Part shown: positions 1-13,824 of the stretch, piece by piece
Position numbering within the stretch: position 1 is the first letter of the stretch
Layout of the letters: every line of letters begins with the position of its first letter
Origin: Octopus vulgaris
Taxonomy: Eukaryota
Length of the DNA stretch: 64,000 nt
Direction of reading: 5' to 3'
NCBI GenBank assembly: GCA_951406725.2
Contig: OX597831.1
Span: 30,690,001 to 30,754,000 of the forward strand
Program-made: the position numbers and the translations under genes
The notes under the pieces: model-generated
What the model saw: the letters and a program-made list of their open reading frames with translations, nothing else
The model's database searches: none
Told to the model about the DNA's origin: nothing

Positions 1-12
1 TCACCATTCTTC

Positions 13-13
<1 letters not shown>

Positions 14-51
<38 letters not shown>

Positions 52-249
52 CTATCACCATTATCCTCCTCCTCTTTTCCTACTACGACTACTACTACCA
101 CCACCACCACTCCACCACCACCACTCCACCCCCCACCTACACCCCCACCACTACTACTACTACCTTTTACTAGAACTATTGTTATTAGCTCTACTATTAT
201 CATTATCTTTATCATTATCATTATTTTCATTATTATTATTATTATTATA

Positions 250-280
<31 letters not shown>
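14..280. repeat. Compound trinucleotide microsatellite (CAT)n/(CAC)n/(TAT)n
   Basis: Directly visible tandem triplets. Confidence 0.95.
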
Positions 281-682
281 TGCTTTATGTGTAAACCAGC
301 AGTATTGCTCACATTGTCCTCTCCATTATTTGCTCGTTTCTCCTAGGTTCTATAAATATCCCAGCTTTTCACAATAACTGTTAAATATCCATCAAATATC
401 TCATACAACTAATTATCCTTGACTTCATATCGTATTTATTATAACCAGCGTTAATTAGATTTGGCAAGTCTACAATGTGTTGTTTTTTTTATTTCATATT
501 TTTTTCTTATCTTTGTTTATGTTTTGTTACCTTTCCTTTTTTATTCGTAATTAAATTCAACTTTGCTTCACGTACGTTGAAAGTTTCTCTCTTAGAAGAA
601 TTTGCTGACCTTCGGCCAACTCAGTGGTATTACTGAAGTTGTCAGTTATCTGTGTGCGTGTGTGCGTACAGTCATGCATAAA

Positions 683-683
<1 letters not shown>

Positions 684-740
<57 letters not shown>

Positions 741-842
741 GCATATATATATATACATATCTATGGATATATATATATACATATACATATATATGTATAT
801 ATATATATAATATATATATTTATGTATATATATATATATTTA

Positions 843-888
<46 letters not shown>

Positions 889-892
889 TATG

Positions 893-946
<54 letters not shown>

Positions 947-1088
947 GCGTAAGCGCATATATTAATTTTACGTGCATGCAAACATATACACATTCACAAA
1001 TATATTCATATATATATACCTACATACATGTACATACAAATGAATATATGTACACATATATACACAGATGTATATATATATATATATG

Positions 1089-1126
<38 letters not shown>

Positions 1127-1303
1127 TATATATATATATATACGCATATATATATATGTGTATATAGACATTATATATGCATAAATTTGTGTGTGTGTGT
1201 GTATGTGTATAGAAAGATAGATATATACATATACATGTGCATGTATATTTATATGTATATATATATGAGGAGAGAAAGAGAGAGAGAGAAAGAGAGAGAG
1301 AGA
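684..1303. repeat. (TA)n-dominated compound microsatellite with (TG)n and (GA)n
   Basis: Directly visible; source of the YIYI/CVCV ORFs. Confidence 0.95.
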
Positions 1304-2104
1304 TGGGCATGTATATGTGTTTATATTGGTTTGAGCGGTAAGGTATATTTAGAGAGTAACTAACTGCAAATACTTTATAGCCTAAGAGTACATAAATTGT
1401 CTACTGAATACCAATGTTTTCTAAAATACCTAGAGGAATCGAGACATTAACATGCAGATGACCCACATTATAACTTTTACAGTAGTGCCTGAATATTGTA
1501 TTAACCTTTGGTGCGCTCCTCTTGACGCGTCTGTCGTTTCTGTCTCATTAACCCAACAAAATACACGCTGGCTACTCACCACGACTCCCGATGCAGTTTA
1601 TGGGTTATGCGTTGTATTGACTGCTCCACACGATATCCCACGCAATACTAACCTTCAGCAATATAATCTGAATAATGCACACGCACACATACACACTAAT
1701 GACAACTGGAAAGGGAGATAACCACAAGAATCAAGATTTCTTCAAAGTTGATATACCATTAAGGAGAAGGGCAAGCTTATTGTATGGAGGAAAAAGTACA
1801 TGTGAGAACACGTGTTTCTGGCACAGTAGCCGTCGTCTGCACAGCATTTGCTTAGCTATATCTACAGTGCTCAAGAGACTTCTATAAAAAAAGAAGTAAT
1901 TTAAAATACTACGTACAGGAATGCATACATATATGCTTAATATGTATGCATTGCCCCGCAGATGAGAATATTCCCTTCCAAATTCAGTGAGGATAATGAG
2001 TATGGACAAGTGAATATCTACAGGTCTTCTACCATGATTATAAATTTAAATTGAGAACAGAATTTAACATACACACATGCATACATACATATGATAGATC
2101 ATTA

Positions 2105-2280
2105 GCTCCTACACGCATTTTTTTCTCTCCTTGTTTTTTTCTGTGTATCTTTCTGTCGAAGAGCGTAGGCTCGAAACGTAAAAGACTTTTCTATTCCTGA
2201 GCGCCATACTAATATATTTGTTTGTTTGTACTCCACCTGCCTTCGTCTTTTGTTTATTTTCGTAAACATTCCCGTTATAT
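2105..2280 (+). mobile_element. Penelope-like pseudo-LTR fragment carrying a hammerhead-like motif
   Basis: T-rich short repeat containing the fold at 2148-2185, flanked by TA/TACA tracts. PLE assignment is inferred from the motif. Confidence 0.55.
2148..2185 (+). ncRNA. Minimal type-I hammerhead ribozyme-like motif (core variant)
   Basis: tcttt-CTGTCGAA-gagc gtag gctc-GAAA-cg-TA-aaaga: stem I tcttt/aaaga, stem II gagc/gctc, palindromic ACGT stem III, GUA triplet; core has U at A6. Confidence 0.6.
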
Positions 2281-2305
2281 ACATACATACATGCATACAT
2301 ACATC

Positions 2306-2638
2306 CGACCAGATATTGTTGTATTAGGCCACAAGGAAAAATATGTTAAGTCGTGGAAAACATGTACCCACAGGAGAACAATGTGGTTAGAAAAATACAA
2401 GAGAAAGAGGATATATACGGACTACTAATCAGGCATTTGCAAATCCAGTACCCATGATGCACTTTCAGCTTCATACCTATCATTATTATTATTATTGGAG
2501 AAACAGGATATATACGAACCCGTCCGGATCAAAGTGTGGTTGATCGTGGGTTCTTGGGGAAAGAATGCAAATCATACACTACATAGAAGCGCGATATATG
2601 GAACAATAGAAATCTGCAAAACTTTTCTTCAGATTTGA
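2306..2638 (+). pseudogene. 3' end of R4/Dong(NeSL)-type non-LTR retrotransposon, restriction-like endonuclease domain
   Basis: Frameshifted translation RPDIVVL..VVE..P.ENNVVRKIQEKEDIYGLL..L...YP*..FIPIIIIIIGETGYI...YGTIEICKTFLQI* fits the RLE PD-(D/E)xK C-terminus pattern. Confidence 0.7.
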
Positions 2639-4128
2639 GGGATTTGATGAACAAATCCAGAGTCTTTCCTTCACGACCTTGCTACCAAGCAGGTGATAGG
2701 TCAACATTTAGTCGAAATTAAGATGAGAAAGAGTACATATATACATATATACACAAACACATACGTATTTACGTATATACATACATAACATATATACATA
2801 CGTACGTACATACATATATCACTGGAACTAAAACTCTGTAAAACTTTCCAGAAGCTTATATATATGAGCATGTCTAGATATGTAACTATATGCATCAGAA
2901 TACATACATAAAACATACAAATCTGTACATACATACATACATACATACATACATGCATGCATGCATGCATGCATACATACATACACACAAATGTACCCCG
3001 TTGTTGATATTGAAATTCCAGTGAAGGAGCCTTGGATCTAGATTATAAACCTGTTCTTTCTCTATTGGCAAGAAATATTGAAATAAACTGAATAATGACA
3101 TACATACAGTCTTACTACTGTTCTTTTCATCCTCATAAAGTGTTGAACTCTAAACTTTGCCCAGCACAAGTAGACATTATTTGATTGCGTTCACAGCAGT
3201 AGTTTCAGACCAAACGAAATCATGCGATACACACCTAAGGGGAACCTTTTGATGATGCTTTACACCTATTTAAACTATACTGCATTAATCTATAAGTCTT
3301 AAATAGATTTCGTATTACAGATAAAATGCTATATAGTTGAACCATTATCCTTGAGGGACGACATTAGGAGAAGTTTATGTTTCGTCATGGAATCAAGTCA
3401 CGTTGTATTTGCTTCTACGTTTGATGCCAAATGCGATCAAGTCAGACGTGATGTGCATTAGGTTGACTCGGGTTTACTAGTATAGCGTGAGGTCAGACTT
3501 GGTCAAACTTTCAGCATCTGTGCATGAGGGGTTTCACCCCCATATTACATTAAATATTTTTTGCGTGCTGTTTGACTATACTGAGTGCATGTTAAAGAAG
3601 ACCCGTGAGATAATCCCAGGGTCACACATTAGATATATGTGGAAGGTTAGTCCCGGCTCAGTATCAGATTGATGTCGCCAGCCTCTATAGAAATAATTTT
3701 TCCTTAATCAACACGAAGTTTATTATAAAGGGAAAAGAAACCATAACAGAAAACAAAATGAAGTAAAAATCACTATATTAAAGCATAAAAACATTATCAT
3801 CAACACAGCGTCTTCCCTATCAACAATAGTTTAAAGAAATTAATCCACAACATAACGTGCTTCGAATGATATATTTTCAACAATACGAATGCTGAGCCGA
3901 GATCGTTGCTACTATAGCGACTGGAGCGAAATATCAAATGCTCATTTGAATGTAGATCGTGATTATTAAATACAAATATTTTTACTGTTCTTTAAATAAA
4001 TACTTCTTTCACTGAAAGTAAATAACAAAAACGACCGCTTGTTTTTCTGCACGTACGTACGTACGTACATATGTATGTATGTATGTATGTATTATGTATA
4101 TGCATGCTTGTATGTATATATGTATGTG

Positions 4129-4189
<61 letters not shown>

Positions 4190-4490
4190 ACATAAATACA
4201 TACATGCATAGATATGTACACTTCTCTTTATGTATACACACATACATACATACATGCATACATACATACATAGAGGCACACACACACATACACACACACA
4301 CAAACAAACAAGCAAACACACACACATAATCCACATATAGAATTTGCACTTTAGAGATAGTAAATTATATTATCTCAAAACAAATATATGGTAAATGAAT
4401 ATATAATGTTTTCAGCTAATTTTGTGAGATTTAGTTTGTACTTAGTGTTAAGCACAAAAATAATTTTCATTTGTCTTTTCTTTTTTTTTT

Positions 4491-4685
4491 CTACTTGTCC
4501 CAGCCATTGGCTGCGGCCATGCTGGAGCACCGCCTTTAAGGGTTTTAGTCGAATAAATCGACCTCAGGACTTATATTTTTTAAAGCCCATTACTCATTCT
4601 ATCATTCACTTTTGCCGGACCGCTAAGTTACGAGAACGTAAACACACCGACACTGCTTGTCAAGCGGTGGGGAAAGGAACAAACG

Positions 4686-4759
<74 letters not shown>

Positions 4760-4929
4760 GTATACGCATTTTCGATGGGCTCTTTTCAGTTTCCGTCTAT
4801 CAAATCCACTCACAAGGCTTTGGTCGGCCTTGACTATAGTAGAAGACATTTGCCCAAGGTGCCACGCAGTGGGACTGAATCCGGAACCATGAGGTTGGTA
4901 AGCAAGCTACTTACCACACAGCCACTCCT
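4491..4929 (-). mobile_element. SINE family A (tRNA-derived, CORE-like), near full length
   Basis: Reverse complement of the element at 47090; head gtggctgtgtggtaag..gttc(c/a)gtccc, ccttgggcaa core, internal (TA)n(TG)n. Confidence 0.9.
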
Positions 4930-5109
4930 TTCTGCTGTATTTATATTTGATATGCTTTCCCCTACTTTTGTTAAAATGCAAAGATCCCCCAAATTAATTC
5001 TATGTAACACACCTGTTTTTATACTTAACAGAGATAAGGCACACCAAAAATTAGGTTACCAATTTTAAAGTGATTTCTTTTGTGTCGTAAACCACATACC
5101 ATTTCTGTG

Positions 5110-5580
5110 GTGTCTCCTTCTGTTCCCTTGATGTCCCATGGACGTGCTGATTTTGCTTAATGGTTAATCCAGTGCTGCTCCGAACTGTGTGTGTTGTACG
5201 GTTCTGTATCTCCAGTACAGGACATGCGATGGGATCTATACCTGACGGTATGCATAGAGAACAGGTTGCTGTCCATGTAGCGTTGATACCAAAAGAAAAT
5301 CACGGCCGTTACAATTTCACGTCATTGTCATTGCAGGACTATGTTGCTAGAACAGTGTTTACTCCCGAAGCCCCTTTTCACGTGCAGAATTAGGACTGGG
5401 CAAAGTGGTTCAGTTTGGGGGACGGCATTAGAAGGACGATCGGACATGAAAGAACCGCGTGTACTTAAATAGAGCTGGAGAGGAGACGAGTCAACTTGTA
5501 AGGGGTAGATGTTGTAGTTAGCAGTAGAAAATGAGCGAGGAGATAGCGCCATCTGCAGGGCAGGTGTTGTGATGTGTGAA
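5110..5580. mobile_element. GC-richer interspersed repeat, possible solo LTR
   Basis: First ~65 bp resemble 57176-57240 (ttcc.ttgatg.cc...attttgctta.tggttaatccag). No TSD seen. Confidence 0.3.
5544..5559 (-). promoter_or_regulatory. CTCF-like core motif
   Basis: Minus strand CCTGCAGATGGCGCTA matches the CTCF core CCWSYAGRKGGCRST. Confidence 0.4.
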
Positions 5581-6089
5581 TTAATGGCTACAGAGCATTA
5601 CGTCTATTTCTAAATGTCTACATGTCTAATTTGCATAGCTGTCGGATTCATTAACATTACACTGTTGTCTTACAACGGCACTGTTTTTCTTACTTTTTTT
5701 CTTTCCGTCTTTCCGATCTGATTCTCTCTCTCTCCATCTCCCTCTCCCCCTCCCTCTCTTACACTCACTATACGCACTTTGAAGGAAATTAATCACTCTC
5801 ACTCCTCCTCGCTCAAGACCCTCTGTGTTTGCATAAATGTGTGTGCGTGTGTGTGTGCGCGCGCTTGTGTCTGTAAATATATATATATGTGTGTGTGTGT
5901 GTGTATAAATGTGTGTATATATAAATGTGTGTATATATATATATGTAAATACGTGGTTATATATGTGTATTTATACATCTGTATACATATTTACTCACAC
6001 ATATGCAATTATATACACACATGCATACACATATGCACATGTGTGTGTATATATATATAAATGTAAATATATACATATATACACACATA

Positions 6090-6145
<56 letters not shown>

Positions 6146-6362
6146 TACATACACACACACACACACACACATACACAAGTGTGTGTGTAGATATATATGT
6201 GTGTATATTGCTTATTTACCTATCTGTCAGTATGTTTTCCATTTTCTATTTCCGTCTGTAATTACTTGTGTGTTGTTGATTCCCTTCCCCCGGCACTCCA
6301 CCCCCTTCTCACCAGCGTTCTTAATATAAGTTACCTCTGTCTACCTATAGCATGCACTGTTG

Positions 6363-6376
6363 GTTGCCATAGTAAC
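6363..6376. promoter_or_regulatory. RFX X-box motif
   Basis: GTTGCCATAGTAAC fits GTNRCC(N0-3)RGYAAC, in non-repetitive-looking sequence. Confidence 0.4.
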
Positions 6377-6555
6377 CCTACCTGTTTCACTCGTGTTTTG
6401 CCTCATTAGAGGAAGTAAAAATTCCAGAATGTTCGCTGAATTCTGACAGTAAATCATCATGATCTGTTAGCTTCAAACGCCTATACCAAATATCAAAGAC
6501 GGTCGGCCCAGATGGGGATCACAGCCGTGTAAACATACACGCACACACGTACCCA

Positions 6556-6602
<47 letters not shown>

Positions 6603-6817
6603 ACGTGCGTGCGGATGTGTGTGTGTGTGTGTATGTTTGTGTAGGACATAGAACCTTTAGATACCAAAGGTTCATATGTTATATTCACATATGTTCTAAT
6701 ATCCGAGCATATACGTCATATTGCTTCCAGTATACGCACCAAAAACACACATTTACACACCTGCGCAGGCACACATAAACATACAAACACACACACATGC
6801 GCACACACACATGTATG

Positions 6818-7010
6818 TATGAGTATATATATACACACACATATGTATATACATAAACACAACCGATTTTAATCAGATCTCTCTCAAGGTATGGAACACT
6901 AGTGGGGTATTAACGTTTTTATTTCAATAATTTATGTATTGAGTATCTATCTATCTATCTTTCTATCTATCAATCTAACTATCTAGCTAGCTATCTCTAT
7001 CTCTCTCTTA

Positions 7011-7044
<34 letters not shown>

Positions 7045-7070
7045 TCACGCTTATATACATACACGTATCC

Positions 7071-7133
<63 letters not shown>

Positions 7134-7421
7134 TAGATAGATAGATATGTATGTATAGATATGTATGTCTGCCCGTGTGTGTTTCTGTCTGTGTGTATAT
7201 GTGTGTGTGTTCGTGTAGCACAATTATCTCTACACACACATACACATGAGTATATATATATACACACACACATATGTATATACATAAACACAACCGATTT
7301 TAATCAGATCTCTCTCAAGGTATGGAACACTAGTGGGGTATTAACGTTTTTATTTCAATAATTTATGTATTGAGTATCTATCTATCTATCTAACTATCTA
7401 GCTAGCTATCTCTATCTCTCT

Positions 7422-7469
<48 letters not shown>

Positions 7470-7495
7470 TCACGCTTATATACATACACGTATCC

Positions 7496-7538
<43 letters not shown>

Positions 7539-7655
7539 TATATAGATATATAGATATGTATGTATAGATATGTGTGTCTGCCCGTGTGTGTTTCTGTCTG
7601 TGTGTATATGTGTGTGTGTTCGTGTAGCACAATTATCTCTACACACACATACACG
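6818..7655. repeat. Recent direct tandem duplication, two ~420-430 bp copies
   Basis: Unique block aaccgattttaatcagatctctctcaaggtatggaacactagtgggg at 6861 and 7292; copies differ mostly in microsatellite length. Confidence 0.92.
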
Positions 7656-7760
7656 CACGCACACTCACATAATAGCATGCGTAGGTTGTGTGTCTGCATG
7701 AATACCTCTCCATATAAGGCCTGTTGTGCGTATGTGTGCTTGTGTGTCTACATGTGTGTT

Positions 7761-7791
<31 letters not shown>

Positions 7792-7847
7792 ACGCGTCTT
7801 TGTACCTCTGTGTATCTGTCAACATGTGTACATATACATATGTGTGT

Positions 7848-7911
<64 letters not shown>

Positions 7912-8865
7912 GAAATGTGCGTGTTCGTGCGAGTGCCTATGTATACGAGTAATTTGATTATATGTGCGTAAGTGCAGTGCATGTTGATTCTAACCGGAGG
8001 CAAATTGTGCTGTTTGAATCATTTGCCATTTTAAACAGCCAGAACCGTACATTTGTGTTAATGTCAATGTTTTGTTCTTCGCAGCGTGTCCTCAGTTATA
8101 TTATTTTCTGTGATACGAAGAGGATCATGTCTTTCACACAGAAGATACATAAAAAATGTAAGTACTTTTGTTGATGATTCGGTCAGTGTCTGAGTGATCT
8201 TCATCAAAAGTTCTCTTTACTCTTTGATATACATGAGTTAGTTTCTGTATTTACGCATGTACGTTTGTGTTTGTGTGTATGGATAGATAGGTAGGTAGCA
8301 AGTTAATGCAGAAGCGAAAGAGCTACTAATGGTTTTATACCTTTATACTTTAGTGTGTTTGTGTGTGTGTGTGTGTTATAATCAACCTCTGGATATCCTT
8401 GTTGCTTATTTTGATTAAATATATGTGTGTGTGTGTGTATCTGTTTCATCCTTATTACTGCGCATATATATGATATGCTATATCATATATAAATGCATAT
8501 ACATATCCTTGTATATGTTTATAGATACACTTATCTGTATCTGCATGCATACAATACCTCATATACGTATATGTGTGTGGTAGTAAGGAATAACAAAAAT
8601 GGTTGTAAAGGATTCATTAATACATCTATGTATATAGTTATATATGTATAAAACTACATGCACACATCTGGAGATGCATACCACTAAAAGAAGATTGGAA
8701 TGGCATTCAAAATATTTGCTTCTTGAATTTCTTTTTCCACTCTAATCACTTAAATTATTTCAGTATTTAACTTCTATTTGTTGATGTCAAAGCCTCGCTT
8801 GTACAACATATGCTGTCTTATTACCGCTGCTAAGCTATTTGCTCATTATTTTTCAGTACTTGGAG

Positions 8866-9070
8866 GGGGCGAGCTGGCAGAACCATTAGCTCGTCTTTTA
8901 GCGGCATTTCTTCTGGGTCTTTACTCTCTGAGTTCAAATACTGTCAAGGATAGCTTTGCATTTCATTTTCGCGGGGTCGATAACATAAGGTACTCGTCCA
9001 GTTGTTGGACTGATATAGTCGACTTAACACTGACTTTCAAAATTACTGGCCTTGTGCCAAAATTTGACAC
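8866..9070 (+). mobile_element. SINE family B (tRNA head + Meta-type domain), short-tail form, diverged
   Basis: ggcgagctggcagaa head, ctgagttcaaat B box, tttcatt..cggggtcgataa domain, ggccttgtgccaaaatttga tail. Confidence 0.85.
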
Positions 9071-9849
9071 AATTGAGTAAATGTATGCTACCTCTCTGAA
9101 TGTACCCATGTAGTTGTGTATTATTTTGGTTATTGTTTATTCTCCAGAGAAAGAACGCCAGTGTCGATGGTCGTTTTGGGTGTCGTCCAGACTCGCTAGA
9201 AGAAGGAAGAAAACGTTTTCCTTCTGAGACTGGAGAAATGGCTCGGATACTTGCAACAGGGAGTAATTCTTCTTAAAGCCACGCTCATAAAAAAACAAAA
9301 ACGGCTCAGCACCGGGTTTTCACTCAGTTTTCTTTTCCGCACTTTAACTTACAAAGCAGTTACCGATCCTAGGATAGGATACAGACAAGAAACCGAAAAA
9401 TATTGAAAAAAGGCTTGTTCAAAGTGCCACGCATTAGGAGTGAACTCGAATCTCCCTTGTTACGAACCGAACTTTATAACCATACTGTCATGTATAAGGT
9501 CTATCCGAGTTGACTAATGAATTCTCAAAGAAACCAGTCCATCGTAGTAATGTGAGAATCGGTTCATCTCAGCTATAACACATCGTATCTTTTTCCACCC
9601 AAATATAATACGCCATATTATTGCGTTTGTTCTTATTAAAAGATCTTAAGCTGATAGAGCGTAGTTTTGAGGGATATTTGGAACAATCTACGGAATAAAC
9701 ATAAGTACATTTACTTCTTGCCAATGAGAGCTGGGGATCTCAGCATGATCATTCAATATTTAATAAATAGCAGCCAAATGATCCACTTAGATTACGAGGA
9801 CATCTCTTAGAAAAGAATCACAATGGATTATTGGATCACGTGAACATAG

Positions 9850-10073
9850 CGCAAACGTGACTGTGTGGTAAGAAGCTTGCTTCCCAACCACATGGTTCCA
9901 ATTTCAGTCCCACCGCGTGGCACCTTGAGCAAATGTCTTCTACTATAGCCTCCGGCCGAGCAAAGTCTTGTGAGTGGATTTCGTACACAGAAAGTAAAAG
10001 AAGCCCGTCGTATATATATATATATATATATATATAGTGGATTTGATAGACGAAAACACTAAAAGAATCCTGT

Positions 10074-10156
<83 letters not shown>

Positions 10157-10424
10157 TCAGCCCGACGCTACAGTTAGCTCAAGCTAAAGATATATATATA
10201 ACTTTGTGTGTGTCTTTGTGTTTGTGTTTCTCCCTCGCTTGGACAACTTGTAACTTGTGTGTTTACACCCCCATAACTTAGCGGTTTGACAAAAGAGCCA
10301 GAATAAATACCAGGCTTTAAGAAAAATATAAGTACTGGGACCGATTCATTCGACTAAAAGTTCTCCATCGCGGTGCCCCAGCATGGCCTCAGTTTAATAA
10401 CTAAAACAAATAAAAGATAAAAGA
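9850..10424 (+). mobile_element. SINE family A with expanded internal microsatellites and small internal duplication
   Basis: Head at 9857, repeated gtggattt..agac segment (9974, 10037), tail taaaagataaaagat. Confidence 0.85.
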
Positions 10425-11522
10425 TGAGTGCACTGTGCTTAGAAGAGAGACGGGACAGTCACGGCTGGAACAACTTTGACTGCGGCTTTGTTCAATCACA
10501 TTTAATGTAGGCTTAGACAGCAGTAATAAGCTTCACCTACTTTTAGCTTAAAATTGTATTAACCTCTTCATTCTATTCCTTTCGTTACGTTGCGTTTCTG
10601 GTGAGAAATCGCCAGAAAAAGTATAGCAGACCATTTGGGAATATTATTGGCAGAAATAAACTAACTTGCCACCCAATGGAGAATGTTTTCCATATCCTGC
10701 TTCACACAAACAGTCTGTTGCTATACACCAGTTATCAAACTCCGTCCTAATCCCTGGATCATTTGAAATATTCTCTATTCATTTTTTTAACTCAGTGAAG
10801 CCAGAAATGCTTAATTGCATTAATAATTATTATGTCGGTATTAGTGTGTATATGTATGTGTGTGTGTGTGTGTGTGAATGTGTGTGTGTGCGTTCATATG
10901 TGTATGTGTGTGTGTACCTCGAATTATTATAACTTGATATCCATTAATTTTCATGCTATGAGTGATGACGGCGGCGGTGTCGTTGTGAACAAGTGTTTAT
11001 CCGTTAAACAATGCATCAAAGTATTTAAAATTTTCATTACGGGATTGATCTTCCACACTGGGGTTCTTTAGATAATAAACACATCAAATTAACCTTTCAG
11101 TGACATTAGAATATCCAATGCCGTGTGCGTTAGTCTTGTGAAATATCAAATTACATCACCGTTGAGTTAGTTTCAAAATGGAGGAAAATATATGTCATGA
11201 AATGTTATCTGGACGAGTTGATTTCAAAATGTTACCGTTTCACTTTTCTATTGGCAGATTACTGTATTGATGCTAATAGATTTATGGCCGCTCGTCTATT
11301 TTTTTTTCTTTTCATTTTCATATTATTTCGCTTGTTTGTTATTTGTTTTACTTAACATGATTCTCTCCTGGATGGAATAATTTCTGTTACAAAGCTCTTC
11401 ATTAAAGTTATACAGTTATTGTTATAGACATGGTAATAGTTTTCGAATTCACGTTCAAATGGTCAAATGAATAAGACTTATAATGTATACTGAAGAGTTT
11501 ATGTTGTTGCCGTTGTTGCTGC

Positions 11523-11582
11523 TGATGGCAATGATGAAGAAAATGATGATGACGATGACGATGATGATGGTGATGATGGTGG

Positions 11583-11625
<43 letters not shown>

Positions 11626-11713
11626 GATGAAGAAGAAAATGATGATGACGATGATGAAGGTGATGGTGATGATGATGGTGATGATGACGATGATGATGAT
11701 GATGATGATGATG
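11523..11713. repeat. (GAT)n microsatellite
   Basis: Directly visible; gives poly-His and poly-Met ORFs. Confidence 0.95.
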
Positions 11714-12214
11714 GTCTACGTATAATAATCCTGTTTCTGTACTACAAAAGGGTACATGTGGATTTACATACAAAGATATATACATACAAACACACATACA
11801 CTCACAAACACACTGATATGAATGTGTGTATTTATATTGTGTATGTATGTGTCCATGCAGGACAGTATGAATAAGATTTTCGCTTTCCAGCTACACAGTT
11901 TCCCGTTAGGTTTCGCTACATACGGCAGTCCTGTGTTGATTATCATCTACCTATTCTCGGAGTCACTGATCTGAAAGCAGAGGTAGAGCCATGAAATCCA
12001 ATTCACTGACCGTCTCTGATGTTGTATGTCGGTCTTTCTTTCGTTTTCTAAGTCCTTCTAGCCAGAAGGTGGCTTTAACTCATGTGGCTTTAACTAATGG
12101 TGTCAAAAATGGGCTTTCCGTTTTCCTCAAACGGTCGCATTTGTTTATCTTTCGCCACTGCAATGGAATAGCGTTGGGTCCTCGAAACTGCATATAGTTA
12201 CTGACACTCTACAA

Positions 12215-12570
12215 ATTACATCGACCCCAGTGTTTCACTGGTACTTGATTTATCGACCCCGGAAGGATAAAAGGCAAAGTCAACTTCGATGGAATTTGAA
12301 CGACGGGCGAAATACCTATTTCTTTATTACCCACAAGGGGCTAAACACAGAGGGGACAAACAAGGACAGACATAGGTATTAAGTCGATTACATCGACCCC
12401 AGTGCGTAACTGGTACTTAATTTATCGACCCCGAAAGGATGAAAGGCAAAGTCGACCTCGGCGGAATTTGAACTCACAACGTAACGCAGACGAAATACCG
12501 CTATGCACTTCACCCGGCGTGCTAACAAGCATTTCGTTCGTCCAGCATGCTAACGATTCTGCCACGTTGC
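12215..12570 (-). mobile_element. Nested SINE B: long-tail copy within an older copy
   Basis: Two Meta domains, a partly duplicated head, and the junction cgaaatacctatttc at 12308-12322. Confidence 0.85.
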
Positions 12571-12809
12571 CAATGATAATGCGAAGTTTATCATAAAAAC
12601 ATGCGTCTCACTGTGTTTATTTACTTCGAGTAATTATCGACTGCAAGAATCCACTGGAATATTGTGGAAGAACTAAAATATTGATTTACAATTATATTAA
12701 GAAGTAGTGTTTCAAGCACTATTCCGAAATTTACGCCCACGTACACGGGTGCAAACATTCACATGTGTATATAAATATGTGTATAAAAATATATATCTAT
12801 GCGTGTGAG

Positions 12810-12855
<46 letters not shown>

Positions 12856-13615
12856 TGTATGTATGTATGTATACGTATATACGTGTGTACATGTATACAT
12901 ATATATCTACATATATTTATATATTTACATTAATGCATGTATATATTCATATAAGTATATGTATATATATATGTGGGCGTGTATGCCAAGTATATGTGTA
13001 TGTGTGTGTCTGTGTGTGTACCAAGTGTGTGTATGTGTGTAAAGCTCTCCCTGTTAAACGTTCGTCCCCATTGTTTGCATGATGGCAATATAAGCAATCT
13101 TTATGTAATATATTCCATGAATTCTATAAACAAGTATCGCAAGCAGAATATTGGCAAGGAACTGAATGGGAAAATTTTGAATTAAGTTATTTTTGATGTG
13201 TCTTTTTACTTTTTTCTGTGAGCATAATTTTTTTTCAAAGTTCTTGAATATATACAAGGTATTTAAAAATATTCCAAAATGATTCAATAAAATTCAGTTT
13301 TTATAGCTTGGGAAAACTGGTGATGAAGAATGTTTTTTTTAGAACCATGTGAGATAACATTCAGAACTCAAGAATTATTTTCTTTTGGGCTTTCTCATTC
13401 TGGCCTATTATGCTTGCTATGTATTTCTCCTGGTTGGCCATTGCTTCCCTATATTTTTCTGACACCTATTTTTAGTGATTCTTGCGTTATATAACTTCGG
13501 CAAATACGGTTGACACACAGCTGAGCAGAAAGACGTTCAAATAACACCGAGAGATATTCTCCAAGTTGTCCCTTCCTCGCCAGAGAAATGAGAATTCAGT
13601 GTTAGTCAAGGATTA

Positions 13616-13824
13616 AGGCGGCGAGCTGCCAAAATCGTTACAACACCGAGCAAAATGCTTGGCATTCAGTCCGCCTTTACGCTTTTGAGTTCAAATCCCG
13701 CTGAGCTTCACTCTACCTTCCATTCTTTTGGGGTCGATAAAATAAGAGCCAGCTGAGCATTGGGATCGATGTAATGGTCTTACGCCGCCTTACCCGAACT
13801 TTTGGTTGCCAGAATTTGCAACCA
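13616..13824 (+). mobile_element. SINE family B, short tail, diverged
   Basis: aaggcggcgagctg head; ttccattcttttggggtcgataaaataag domain. Confidence 0.85.

Noticed and set aside
2990-3106. Short segment between TACA tracts with gtgaagga and a weak hairpin
   Set aside because: No intact hammerhead core; perhaps a LINE 3' UTR but single copy here.
4388-5068. 226-aa ORF and other ORFs with STKSTHKALVG or HLPKVPRSGTEPG motifs
   Set aside because: Recurring peptides are translations of SINE A, not a protein family.
9148-9276. Possible exon after the acceptor-like ttattctccag
   Set aside because: Only short frames, no good donor, no recognisable homology.
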